Origin: Selaginella moellendorffii
Lineage: Eukaryota; Plantae; Lycopodiophyta
DNA: 64,000 nucleotides
Assembly (NCBI RefSeq): GCF_000143415.4
Contig: NW_003314363.1
Coordinates: 62,001 to 126,000 of the forward strand
Direction: 5' to 3'
Positions 1 to 11,852 of the stretch are shown here, in pieces. Position numbers and translations under genes: made by a program. How positions within the stretch are numbered: position 1 is the first letter of the stretch; each line of letters begins with the position of its first letter. The notes beneath the pieces were generated by a model. It did no database searches. It saw only the letters and a list, made by a program, of their open reading frames with translations, and was not told the DNA's origin.

Positions 1-1431
1 TGCCAAGGCGTCCAATCCTTCGTCCGTCACACCCAGAATACCGTGTAGGCTGCGAAAGAACAATCACTTGACTCACAGAACAACAGACAACGAAGAGAGA
101 ATGGCCTCGTTTACCTCAAAAGCTTGAGCGGACAAGTCAGTGCTTTCAGTCCAGCGTCCGTGATCCTCACACACCTGAGGACAGCGAGTGACACCAATGG
201 ATGCAAGCGTATGAAGCTTACCAGCTCAGACACAGGGACTCGAGTTTATGGCACTTTGAAATCGAAACTAAGCAGTTGGATGAAAGTTCCTGCACAAGCA
301 TCACCGCCGGATAAAAGTGCCCGGATGACGTTTCTTGCATACCTGTGCACCAGTTAGCTCCAGGACTTTGAGTTCCTCAAGGTTTCCAATCAGAGCCAAA
401 GATTTGGGAGTGAATCTGTGACGCGAGGCAAGAGAAACACATTCAGGTCCTTGAAAGAAACGAGGCCTTACCCAGAGAGAGCGTATAAATAGAGCTCCTC
501 CAGCTGCAAGCACACGTTCAAAATCTCGCAAAGCCCCTCGTCCGTTAGTTTCACGCACCTTTCACAAGAAGTAGACGTTTAGAAAGGCAATCGAGGCAAT
601 AAACGCATATAGATGCAAACCGCGTGAGGTTCAAGCTTCGTATGGATGGACTGTGCTCCGCAAGGTGGCGCATGCTTTGATCCGTGATACTCTGCTCAAA
701 GAATCACTAGTGAACGTTGCGAACTATGAAAAGGCTCCGAACCTTGCAACCACTGAGGTTTAAAAGCTCCAGCTCCTTTAGATTGGTGACGATGCTTTTC
801 ACGGCAGCATCCGTGACCCTGCATTCATGCCATTATTATATTTACACCAGGCTCAAGAGAATGACAAACCACGACTTACTTGAGGTTCCAGTAGATCTCT
901 AGTTTCGTGATGCTTCTACACTCGGAGACTACTGCCTCGACTCCAGCATCAGTTATCTTCTGGCATGCATTAAGGTTGAGACGCTGCAGCTTCTAAACAA
1001 AGAGTCTAGTAGGGACGAGCAAGAACACAAGAGAATTTCCACACCTTGCACTTTACAGCAGCCAGGTGCTCGTCTTGCACATCCTGTCCGAATTCCAGGT
1101 TGATCTCCTCCACATCCTGGTACCGCGCCTAAGCAAGCTCGCGGTTTGTCAGCCCATGCGCCAAAACGTAGCAACTTTTACCAGCGAGAGAGCAGCCAGC
1201 AGGCGCCTCCCGGCCTGACTCTTGCCTTGCAAATTGATCGCCTTCAAACGAAGAAACAAGGAGCGTCAGTGCAAAGATCGATCGAGGATAGAATCACACC
1301 TTCCAGAGAGACGCGTGAGACAAGAGCACGCCACGGCAGGCGGTGTTGACGCAGAGCAGCGCGCACAGATCGCGCTGCGGGAGATGCGAGCTGACGAGCA
1401 GCATTACCTGCGACACGCGCTCCTTGTCCAT
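1..1431 (-). CDS. F-box/LRR-repeat protein (At3g58530-like); multi-exon, 3' end runs off the window
   Basis: Spliced reading gives MDKERVSQVMLLVSSHLPQRDLCALL (F-box) ... AINLQGKSQAGRRLLAALSL ... PRYQDVEEINLEFGQDV ... VRITDAGL ... SLHGILGVTDEGLDALA (cysteine-containing LRRs). The start codon is tentative. Confidence 0.85.
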
Positions 1432-1480
1432 GAGCAAACAAACGGGCTGGACCTAGGTAGGGCAAAGTCTTGTTATATCC

Positions 1481-2797
1481 ATGGTGCCAGCCTCGACCGG
1501 GAGCGCCATGCGGGTCGCCGTGGCTCAAATGACTTCCACCTCCAGCATCGATCTCAACTTCGCCACTTGCCAGCGCCTGGCCAGAGTAAGAAGAAGAGTC
1601 TCAAGCTCTCCATCGGCTTGCATTGCGTTGGATTGTGAGTGGGCAGGAGGCTGCTGACGCCGGAGTGAAACTGCTGAGCTTGCCCGAATGCTTCTCCTTC
1701 ATTGGTCGCCGAGGCGACGAGGCACTGGCGATTGCGGAGCCTCTCGACGGGCCGATTTTCCGGAGGTATCAAGCCCTGGCGAGGTAGGAAAGGATGGCCT
1801 TCTTCTCCTCGTCGCCTCTAAGCTAGCTGCGTCTCTTGGTAGAGATTTGGGCTTGTGGCTCTCTCTGGGCGGATTCCAAGAGAAGGGGCCGGACGAGGAC
1901 CACGCGTATAACACTCACGTCCTGCTCGACGACCTTGGCTCAGTGCGCTCGTGCTACAGGAAGATCCACCTGTAAGTAGAAAACGTAGAAGTTCTCGTCA
2001 TCTTTCTCATTGCCTGGCTTCCAGGTTTGATGTGGATGTTCCCGGAGGCCCAGTTCTGAAGGAGAGCAATCGCACTGCTCCTGGTGAGTGAGTGATGAGT
2101 GAGCTAGTACTAGTTTACGCAGGTTTTTGGACAGGAACACAAGTGGTTACTGCTCAAACCCCGGTAGGCACACTCGGTCTGACGATATGCTACGACTTGA
2201 GATTCCCGGAGCTGTACCAGCGTCTCAGGTTTGCGGAGAATGCCCAGGTCTGGACGATGCTCTTCCTCACTACCTCGTTTCAGCTGGCTTTTTTGGACAG
2301 GTGCTGCTTGTTCCTTCGGCATTTACTCGCAAGACTGGAGAAGCGCACTGGGAGCTCCTCCTGCGAGCTCGTGCTGTTGAAACGCAGTGCTACGTAAGCT
2401 TTGTTATATCTCTCCTCGTCTTTCCTCACAGTCCGAGCCATAACATAGGTTCTTGCGGCGGCTCAGTCTGGGAAGCACAACGATCTCCGGGAAAGTTATG
2501 GTGATGCGATGATTATTGATCCTTGGGGAAGCGTCGTTGCAAGGTGTCCAGGTTGGATCCTCTACTTCTATGTCTCAAGATCAAGAAAGCTCCGTCGGTG
2601 GTGCAGATAGATTGGTGACGGGCATCGCAGTGGCGGACATAGACGAGGAGCTTCTCAAGACAGTGAGGAGGAACATGCCAATTGCCGAGGTAATACTCTC
2701 GTCTCTTTCGTCTGTGACACACTGGCATGTCCTCTCCTCATTGCAGCATCGCAAGTATAACATATACGGGAGTGACCGCCAACTATCAACACTTTAA
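1481..2797 (+). CDS. NLP2: Nitrilase-like protein, Nit1/NLP2 type (deaminated glutathione amidase); multi-exon
   Basis: MRVAVAQMTS..., CPE, YRKIHLFDVDVPGG, GLTICYDLRFPELY (catalytic E-K-C triad), HWELLLRARAVETQCY, IIDPWG; GT-AG introns. Confidence 0.92.
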
Positions 2798-2831
2798 GGA
2801 GCTCTGGAACGTCTGTAAACAAGTTCTTCAT

Positions 2832-3949
<1,118 letters not shown>

Positions 3950-4061
3950 AGCCCTTCCCGCCAATTACCAGCCTTTGAAACCTTAGGGCAACTAACTTTG
4001 TTTAACAAAAAAGTGTAAGCTGTGATGTCATAAACCCTAGAACGAGGAGGAAGGAGCTGCG

Positions 4062-5745
4062 ATGGCCGTGAAAGCGGAGACACTGGAGTGGAAGAGAAGG
4101 TACGTGTTGCCTGCCTGCATTCCATGAGTCAATGTGGCATTCCCTGTCCAGATCGGTTGTCATTGTCGCGCTCACGGTGCTCACAAGCTCACAAGGGATC
4201 CTGATTGCTTGGACCAAGCGCGCGGGATTCTACAAATACAGTGTCACAACGGCAAATTTCCTGGTCTGTGTTGGGTGAGATTTGCTGCCATTGCTTTGCT
4301 CAATTCCACTTTCTGTCTGCAGGTCGAGCTTCTAAAATGCGTCATTTCTCTTGTGGCTTTGTTCAGAGTGTGGCAAAACGAAGGCGTCACGGAGGATAAC
4401 AAGTAATGCGCAGTATGCATTCTCCACCCACCTCAGAATTTTGTTTGTTTCCTCTTTTCCTTTGCTTGACATTCTTTCTCTTTTCTACTTGTCCAGGCTC
4501 AACACAACATTTGACGAAGTAAAAGTTTATCCGATTCCGGCAATGCTCTATCTCGTCAAGAATCTCTTGCAGGTACTTGAAATACAATTTTTTCGCTTTC
4601 TCTGTGCTCATGCCTTGTGTCTGTTGTAGTATTACATATTTATCTACGTGGACGCACCAAGCTATCAGGTCCTCAAGAATCTAAATATTATCAGCACCGG
4701 TGTTTTGTACTGGCTATTCTTGAGCAGAAGGTAAGTGTCTCAACATTTTTTAAAGAGTGTCAGCATAATAACGTGTTGAATGTTATCAAGGCTGTCAAAC
4801 ATCCAGTGGTGTGCGTTTCTCTTATTGGCTTTGGGTTGTACCACAGCGCAACTTAACCCATCGTAAGTGCCGTTATTCCGACTGCCTTGTTTACCTTCTC
4901 ATTGTTTCCTTCCGATTGGAAGATCCGAGCACGTGTTCCAGACTCATATGGAAGGCTGGACAATGGCTATTGTAAGAACGTTTTCTGTTTGAACACATTG
5001 ACACATTCTTCTCATGTTCGCAGATCATGGCTTTGCTAAGTGGTTTCGCTGGTGTCTACACCGAGGTAGACTTATCTGCTTTTAGTGTCATAGACTACTC
5101 GCGTTCACCATATTGTCATTGCTTGCGCAGGCAATCATGAAGAAGAGGCCATCTCGGAACATCAATGTTCAAAACTTTTGGCTCTACATCTTTGGTGTGG
5201 TTTTCAACTTTGGAGCAATGGTTGTGCAAGACTTCAACGCGATCACCGAGAGGTGAGCCACACTTGCTCAAGCATTTCCTTGTTCTTAGGCCGCATGCTT
5301 GCAGGGGCTTTTTCCATGGATACACCATGAGCACGTTTATTATGATCATCAATCATGCTCTCAGGTGAGCCCTGCAACACATCGGTTTTTTCCAGAGTAC
5401 TAGCTTGTTTCACTTCCAGTGGCATCGCTGTATCCTTGGTTATGAAGTTCGCAGACAACATTGTCAAGGTATAGCGACTATAGAGATTGTTTTGTCAAAC
5501 TCATGCAAATGTCGTTTGTAATTTCTTCTTCTCACAGGTATATTCCACATCTGTCGCAATGCTCTTCACTGCTCTACTGTCGATGGGCCTCTTCGGGTTT
5601 CGCCTGACTCTTCCATTCTGCCTTGGGACAATGTAAGCCGAGTGACACGAGCAAAACCCTTTCGCTTCTCCAACAGGGCGTGCTTGTGATTTGCAGGATA
5701 GTTTCCGTGGCCGTCTACTTACACTCCCAAGGGAAAGCCACATGA
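4062..5745 (+). CDS. Nucleotide-sugar transporter (CMP-sialic acid transporter-like, SLC35A family); many short exons
   Basis: LTVLTSSQGILIAW, YSVTTANFLVE, YPIPAMLYLVKNLLQY, YQVLKNLNIISTG, SGFAGVYTE, MKFADNIVKVYSTS. Confidence 0.9.
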
Positions 5746-5917
5746 ACAGGAGACGAGTTGGGTGTATTTCTATTTGGATTTTTGTTCACATGCATTGCTG
5801 ACAAAGGTGGTGACGTCGAGGAATCTAGTTAACCGACTCTTAGATATTTTGAGAAAAGAGAATGGCGGCCGGTGACGTGACATGACTAGAGTGCAAAACT
5901 GGTGTCCATGCGCTCCA

Positions 5918-5935
5918 CCACGTGGCCGCGGGAAA
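5918..5935. promoter_or_regulatory. G-box (CCACGTGG) adjacent to an E2F site (TTTCCCGC on - strand) upstream of the SMR gene
   Basis: Exact motif matches ~45-60 bp upstream of the ATG; function untested. Confidence 0.45.
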
Positions 5936-5979
5936 AGGTTTAGGATGTCTCTCGCAGGCAGGTGCCCACGGGCGGATTA

Positions 5980-6396
5980 ATGGCGGCCACGACCATCAGT
6001 GGCACCACCATCGCCTCGCCTCGCCCCGGGATAGCGCCGCTCAGCATCCACATTACTGGCGTCCCTGGCGCCGGCGACGACAGTTGGATCCGCGACGCTT
6101 TGCTGCTGGAGAGCCCGGATTCCAATCCCGCCACTTGCTCGGGAGGAGGATTCGAGTACGCGGACGACGATCACGTCGATTTCCCGGCCGCGTCCCCGTC
6201 TGGTTGGAGCTCAGGATCCGTCACCCCGAAGAAGCTCGTGCTTCGGGCGAGCAGCGTCTGCCCGAAGGCACCGCGCAAGCGGAGGGCGGCAGCAGCTATG
6301 AATAGGAGCCAGAGGGAGACGTTTAACTCCGCGGAGCTAGAGGAGTTCTTGTTGGATCAAGAGCTGCGTTTCAAGTCAGACAGGCAGGCTGATTGA
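5980..6396 (+). CDS. SMR: SIAMESE-RELATED (SMR) cyclin-dependent kinase inhibitor, intronless
   Basis: SMR motifs in order: xTP (SVTP), CPxAPRK (CPKAPRKRR), C-terminal FxxxELExF (FNSAELEEFL). Confidence 0.8.
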   Translation: MAATTISGTTIASPRPGIAPLSIHITGVPGAGDDSWIRDALLLESPDSNPATCSGGGFEYADDDHVDFPAASPSGWSSGSVTPKKLVLRASSVCPKAPRKRRAAAAMNRSQRETFNSAELEEFLLDQELRFKSDRQAD

Positions 6397-6577
6397 TTAG
6401 CTAATACCCAAGCTTTTCTTTTCTTTTGCCATTGTGCAAGCTCAAGAGCAGTGCAGCGTAGTATATAAGATATTTACATTGATTCTATGTGATTTCTCAT
6501 GGAGTGACGCTTTGATTTATTGATCAGTGAAGGTTTGTTTGTAAAAGAACAAAACAAAGAAAGCGTTTTTGCCCAGT

Positions 6578-7663
6578 TCAATCATTTGCACGTTGGTTAG
6601 CCTCATACTCTTGCACGAGCTCAGGCGCCACGTTGTCGCTTGGCTCCCACGAGTCCTTTTCCGAATCCGCCCACTTCACCAGGTACTCGATGCTCTCGCC
6701 TTGGACGCGCTTGTCCAAGATCCTCTCGACGATCCCATACTCGAGCCCGGCCTCGTAGTCCTTGATCAAATCGTCCGAGATCTCACTCGCCGGGAGCCAG
6801 CTATCGGGTGTCTCGTCGCTCCACTTGACCAGGTACTCCACCTTGTTCCCTGCCGCCATCCGCTTGTCCAACACCTGATCCACGGACACCGTCTCGTAGC
6901 ACGCCTCGTCCAGCAGCCTCACCACTTGGTCCAGCGCCAGCCGCCGCGCAAACTGCAAAGGATTGGCTTTCGGTGTCCGGTTGAGGAGATCCTGGGCCAG
7001 CTTCAAGGAGCTTCTGCCTTTCGAGTCCTCCACGTCCGGATCGGCCCCCAGCTCCAGCAAAGCCTTGACTACATTCGAGTGTACATAGCCCGCAGCAATG
7101 TGAAGCGCTGTGTAACCGTCTTGATCCTGCCAGTCTATGTCCGCTCCAGCCTCGATCAAACTCCTGACGCAGCTCTCCGATCCCAGCCCCGCGGCAAACA
7201 GCAGCGCCGTCCTCTTGTTGTCGTCGATGGCATCAACGTCCCTGCCCTCGTCCTCGAGCAGCTCCATAAGTTTGCTCTCGTCCGCCTTCTTCGCGCCCTG
7301 CCACCACGGAGTCACATACTCGGACAAGACGTCGCCGGCAATGTTCTCGGCCGGCTCCCATGTGTCCGGATGATCGTCCTTCCACTCGATCAGGTACTGC
7401 ATCTCGCGGTTCACCACCCTGCTTCCCAAGATCCTGTTTACCTCTCCAAAGTCCTCGTGAGGAGCCGCCAAGCTCCCATTGTCTTTCCCGATAGCAAGCG
7501 CTTCCTCTGCTTGGACGGCTGGTTTCTCTTGAACACACCTCAACCTTGTCCTGGGCAATCGCGGCAGCGAGAACCTGCTGGGGACGGCGAGCTGAGCAAT
7601 CCCAATTCCAGGGAGCGCAGCTCGTAGTGTCGCTACTGACAGACCTAGACTGACGCCTGCCAT
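6578..7663 (-). CDS. cpSRP43: Chloroplast signal recognition particle 43 kDa subunit, intronless
   Basis: Transit peptide, chromodomain 1 (YLIEWKDDHPDTWEP), ankyrin repeats (RTALLFAAG, YTALHIAAG), chromodomains 2 and 3. Confidence 0.95.
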   Translation of the reverse strand: MAGVSLGLSVATLRAALPGIGIAQLAVPSRFSLPRLPRTRLRCVQEKPAVQAEEALAIGKDNGSLAAPHEDFGEVNRILGSRVVNREMQYLIEWKDDHPDTWEPAENIAGDVLSEYVTPWWQGAKKADESKLMELLEDEGRDVDAIDDNKRTALLFAAGLGSESCVRSLIEAGADIDWQDQDGYTALHIAAGYVHSNVVKALLELGADPDVEDSKGRSSLKLAQDLLNRTPKANPLQFARRLALDQVVRLLDEACYETVSVDQVLDKRMAAGNKVEYLVKWSDETPDSWLPASEISDDLIKDYEAGLEYGIVERILDKRVQGESIEYLVKWADSEKDSWEPSDNVAPELVQEYEANQRAND

Positions 7664-7939
7664 TCTCTTCAGATCTTACCCCTGCGCTTCTCCGGCTCGC
7701 CGACATCGATCGCCCATCGCCAAGCGCGCTCCATGGATAATGTTTTTCGGAGCAAAGGCCATTAGAGACTCGCCACGTGGCTAAGACTCGCCACGCCAGC
7801 CCTTAGGTTACCAAGACGCCACCTGCTCCAGACGCCCAGTCGCTGCTTGAGAAGTTTATAGCGTCTCACACTTCCCCAATGAAGAAAGGCAATTTTCTAC
7901 CCAGAAACTACCAGCCGTAGTGAAAAGAGGGCCTCAGAT

Positions 7940-8240
7940 GTGAGAATTTCTCACCTTCTGCACATGGCAAGTTCTTCTTGTCCTGTCGTCTACTTGTAGT
8001 AGAGAACGCGTAGGCCGTATCATTCGTATGGTCTCTTGTCATTTTTTGCACTAAGGATATAGCAGTCTACATTGCCCGAGAAGTACAGAATATCTCATCA
8101 AAGCTTGGGTTGATTACTTTGCGTTGTTGACAGTTTTTGTGGCTGATGGCTTCAAACCATCAGACCCTCAGGTCAGCTAAAATCAAACTCTGCTGTCGCA
8201 AGAGAATTGGGAACATGGCTGTGATGCCAAATTTCTAGCT
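7940..8240 (+). pseudogene. Degenerate inverted copy of the last XPD exons and introns
   Basis: tttctcaccttc..ggcaagttc, gcgtaggccgtatcattcg, acattgcccgagaagtacagaa, aaccatcagaccctcaggtcagc and atggctgtgatgccaaatttctag match the reverse complement of ~46130-45653. Confidence 0.85.
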
Positions 8241-8454
8241 GCCAACCAGGTTTTCCGGATTTTGCTAGTATCAGTTTTGAGCATACTTTGAGAATATCGT
8301 CATGTGTTGACATACTCTCCAGACTGGTATTGACGGCAGCGTTAGCTTCCCAAGTAATGAACTTTGGAGGAACCGTTGGCTGCAGTCCAGGACATAAACC
8401 AAATTGTTTATAAGGAAGCGAGCAAGCGAGGCTACTCTTATTCTTCGGTGAAGC

Positions 8455-9345
8455 ATGCCAAGTGTACGTTATTTCTTGCTTTTTTCACTTGCCTGCTGCA
8501 TCATACACCTCTGTCAACCACCAGAAGATGCTACGTTCACGAGAAGGCTTCTTTGTCATGCTTTATCTGTAACTCAAGTCAGAACTCTCATAGATCGCCT
8601 CAAGGTGTATCTGCTGTGGACCATACGACCAGTTCAATGTGGGAAGCACAATATCAATGATGTGGAATGTGGGCCAAAACATGGGCCAGAACGTCTATGC
8701 TCGAGTCACCCTTTCTATTTTCGGGACCCGATTGCACCAGAAACTGGCTTGTGTACCCCACTCCAGACCCTCACGGGTGTGCTAGGAGCCGGCGAGGTGC
8801 TCAACTCAGTGAGGGACATGTGTGATCGGATTCTTGACGAGGTCAGGTATCGAGAACGCTGGTACGGATATGTAACCACGTTGGACTGCCCTACGAGCCC
8901 GTGCCTGAGAACGATGCCAATCTCCTCATCACCAAGGAGGGATCAGAGGCGGATAGATTTGGGAAAGATTTGTTGACAATGATAGGTATGACTGTTGGAT
9001 TTACAGCACGACCTTGCTTCATGAGAGGTAAAATTCCAGGGTCGTATCTTAGGAGCGGCAACAGCATCACTTCTGCTAGTGGGGAGTTCCGCTTGACAAT
9101 GCAAACAGATTGTAACTTAGTGCTGTACAGCCGTGGTAAGCATGTGGTCTGGAGATCTGACACACAGCGACAAAGACTGCTATGTGCTCATGCAAAGGGA
9201 TGGGAATGGTGTCATTTATGGATCCAATGGTGCAGTGTGGGATACAAAGTCCTACTCAAGGCCTTTTGACTTGTATGCTCTCGGGGTCTCCAACCAAGGA
9301 TATGTTGTTATCTATAGAACAAGTAATAGGAAATGTCTATGGTAA
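8455..9345 (+). pseudogene. Frameshifted gene: signal peptide + unknown domain + bulb-type (GNA) mannose-binding lectin
   Basis: QxDxNxVxY motifs QTDCNLVLY and QRDGNGVIY lie in different frames; hydrophobic N-terminus; paralogue at 44693-45488. Confidence 0.75.
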
Positions 9346-9699
9346 TAATCTTTCATGCTTATGTCCAAATGTGAATTCCATTGCTTGAGTTATTCCAGTT
9401 TTCACCTTAATTTTTTGAAATTTATCAAAATAAAAATCTCAAAATAAATAGAGTTATATATATATATATATATATATAAAAGGTTTGTTTATATTCTGAG
9501 ACATGCTTATGATGCTTGTGAAAAATCTCTTCACTAGCAACTGCAGCAGAGGGATGGGATGTACGACAAAGTCCCCTTTGGCAATGGTAGTGTTTTGAAG
9601 TTAAAACAGACATGGTATGTCCCAAAGCTTCTCAAGAATTTGGTGTTGACAGATTAGAGCCTGGATGTTCTTCTCTCCAGAAACATGCTTACCTGATTG

Positions 9700-9815
9700 T
9701 TATGATTCCTTGAGTTAGTAATTTGTATAAGCTGGGTGCGATTAAGGTGGAATTACCTATGATTCCTTAAGTTGGTAATTTGTATGAGTTGGGTACGACT
9801 AAGGAGTGGAATCAG
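9700..9815. repeat. Two-copy ~58 bp tandem repeat
   Basis: tatgattcctt(g/a)agtt(a/g)gtaatttgtat..g.tgggt.cga.taagg..tggaat occurs twice. Confidence 0.7.
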
Positions 9816-11158
9816 GAAAAGAAAGGCTTAGTTTTTTACTTAGTTTCTTAGCAAAAACTATGATAATTGGTTTTTTTGAAATTTGGCTCATAGACCAATA
9901 TCAGTTTTTCAATTTAGAATTTTCATAACCTCTTCCTCCTCCCTTTCTTGCCTCCAACTGGTTGGCATGACAACACCCTGCCCACCAGGGATGAAGTTTC
10001 TTATTTATATTATTATTAATTTTAATTGTAATATAATTATATGTATATATATAAACCTATAATTATTATTATTTATTTATTTTTTAGACATTCTAACATC
10101 TCAAAAGCACTAAATCTTAAAGAGGGTTCTTTATAAAATAGTAAGCTCCAAACCTAGCTTATATACAGTGTTATGAATCCAGCGGGATAATAGAATTTTC
10201 CATAAGGTAAAGAATATTCTTAAAATATTCTTTATTTTAAGCTTAAATCTAATGTATCATTTATAATACTTATAATATAATGATTTTAATTTTAATTCAA
10301 GATTTATATTCAATAGGAAAATCTATTTATGATATTTATATGACATTACTAATAAAATGTATAGTTATTAGTATACCCCACACAACACCAGCGGGGAGTG
10401 TGGTACTAGCTCCTACTTGGTTTCAGCTACTCACTGCACGAGCAACGGAGTGTTAGCCATTCTTCCACGGATTCCCAAATCACTCCCAATCCCCCTCCCC
10501 GGGTTAGACTGGACTAAGGTTCGGCTACACTCCCCGCAAGCACAAGCAGCCAAGCACACCAAGCTTCCAGGTTCCTAACATCCCTTGGTACCACAAGACT
10601 TGATCATGGGACCCTCTAAATCCCAAGTCTTGAGTGCAACATTTGCTTCGGGACGTCGGGGCGAAACACCGTGGCCTAGCGGCCCGGTATGGGTACCTCT
10701 TGCCCCCCACTTCCATCCCGAAGGAAGGCCCAAGCCCCTAGGAAGGGCGAGGACCAATGAGCCGCATGGTACTCAAGTGGGGCACCACTCCACATGAGCC
10801 GGGAGCACCGCAATCGGTTTCCCTTTCGGGAGTGGGAGCTGCTCTTGAGCACTTCCTTGGATGGCCCCTCTGGCACCAGCCAAGTCCATGCTCACTCCCA
10901 CCCAAGGCCCCTCGGTCCCAGTCTCAACCTCAAGTCGGTTTGGAAGCCCAACTGGAGAGTCCCTTCAAAACTGGTTCCTGGACCTCACTATCCCTACTAT
11001 ACTTTTGGAACCCCTTGCAGGCCCCCCCCCCCCCCCCTGGGAGACGCACGCTTTGGGCTTTCACCCCTTGACCCGTATTAGTATTTGGACTTAGTCTCTG
11101 GCTCGATCTCGGACCCGATTTCGGATCCGACTTCGGATTCGGTTTCGGACTCGATCTC

Positions 11159-11480
11159 NNNNNNNNNNNNNNNNNNNNNNNNNNNNNNNNNNNNNNNNNN
11201 NNNNNNNNNNNNNNNNNNNNNNNNNNNNNNNNNNNNNNNNNNNNNNNNNNNNNNNNNNNNNNNNNNNNNNNNNNNNNNNNNNNNNNNNNNNNNNNNNNNN
11301 NNNNNNNNNNNNNNNNNNNNNNNNNNNNNNNNNNNNNNNNNNNNNNNNNNNNNNNNNNNNNNNNNNNNNNNNNNNNNNNNNNNNNNNNNNNNNNNNNNNN
11401 NNNNNNNNNNNNNNNNNNNNNNNNNNNNNNNNNNNNNNNNNNNNNNNNNNNNNNNNNNNNNNNNNNNNNNNNNNNNNNNN
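11159..11480. other. Assembly gap (322 N)
   Basis: Run of n inside the hexamer-repeat part of the 3' LTR of element A. Confidence 0.99.
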
Positions 11481-11499
11481 CCACATCGAACGTCTCTTT

Positions 11500-11765
11500 T
11501 TATCCTACGACTTGTTGACCATGTCTTCGGGGGCATCCCCCCACTTAGCGGTGTGCCTAAGTTAGCCTCCTTGGCCAAGAGCCCATGACAACGGAATATA
11601 GGTGTCCCTATACTCCTCACCTCACCACGCCCTAGTATAAGGTCGGGACTTGAACCCAGCCTTGCTTTACTAGGGGGTTGGGACTCGAACCCAACCTCTG
11701 TAAAATACGTCTACGGATTTGACATCCCCGCAGGGAGTCGGGCGTAGCTCCCTACGCCTGGTCGA
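11500..11765 (-). ncRNA. Putative structured cis-RNA element between pol and the 3' LTR of element A
   Basis: Hairpins with GGAG loop (11741-11758), two TTCRAGT T-loops (11676-11696, 11641-11661) and GACA loop (11594-11615); homologue with compensatory changes at 22781-23195. Confidence 0.65.
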
Positions 11766-11852
11766 CCTAGCTAACCCATGCTAATTAGCTTACCTTCGGT
11801 GCGCCTTCGGGTCCCAACATATGCCATTGCTCAACTTCTCAAATTGATACTT

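Noticed and set aside
9986-9996. hAT/Ac-like TIR CAGGGATGAA
   Set aside because: No partner TIR, TSD or transposase was found.
10372-10410. Helitron 3' end (hairpin + CTAG) at the truncated edge of LTR A
   Set aside because: The CTAG is a one-base variant of the LTR's own ggtaccagctcc, and the hairpin is weak.
11641-11696. tRNA gene or tRNA-derived SINE at the B-box motifs
   Set aside because: There is no D-arm/A-box, anticodon arm, poly(A/T) tail or TSD; kept only as T-arm mimics.
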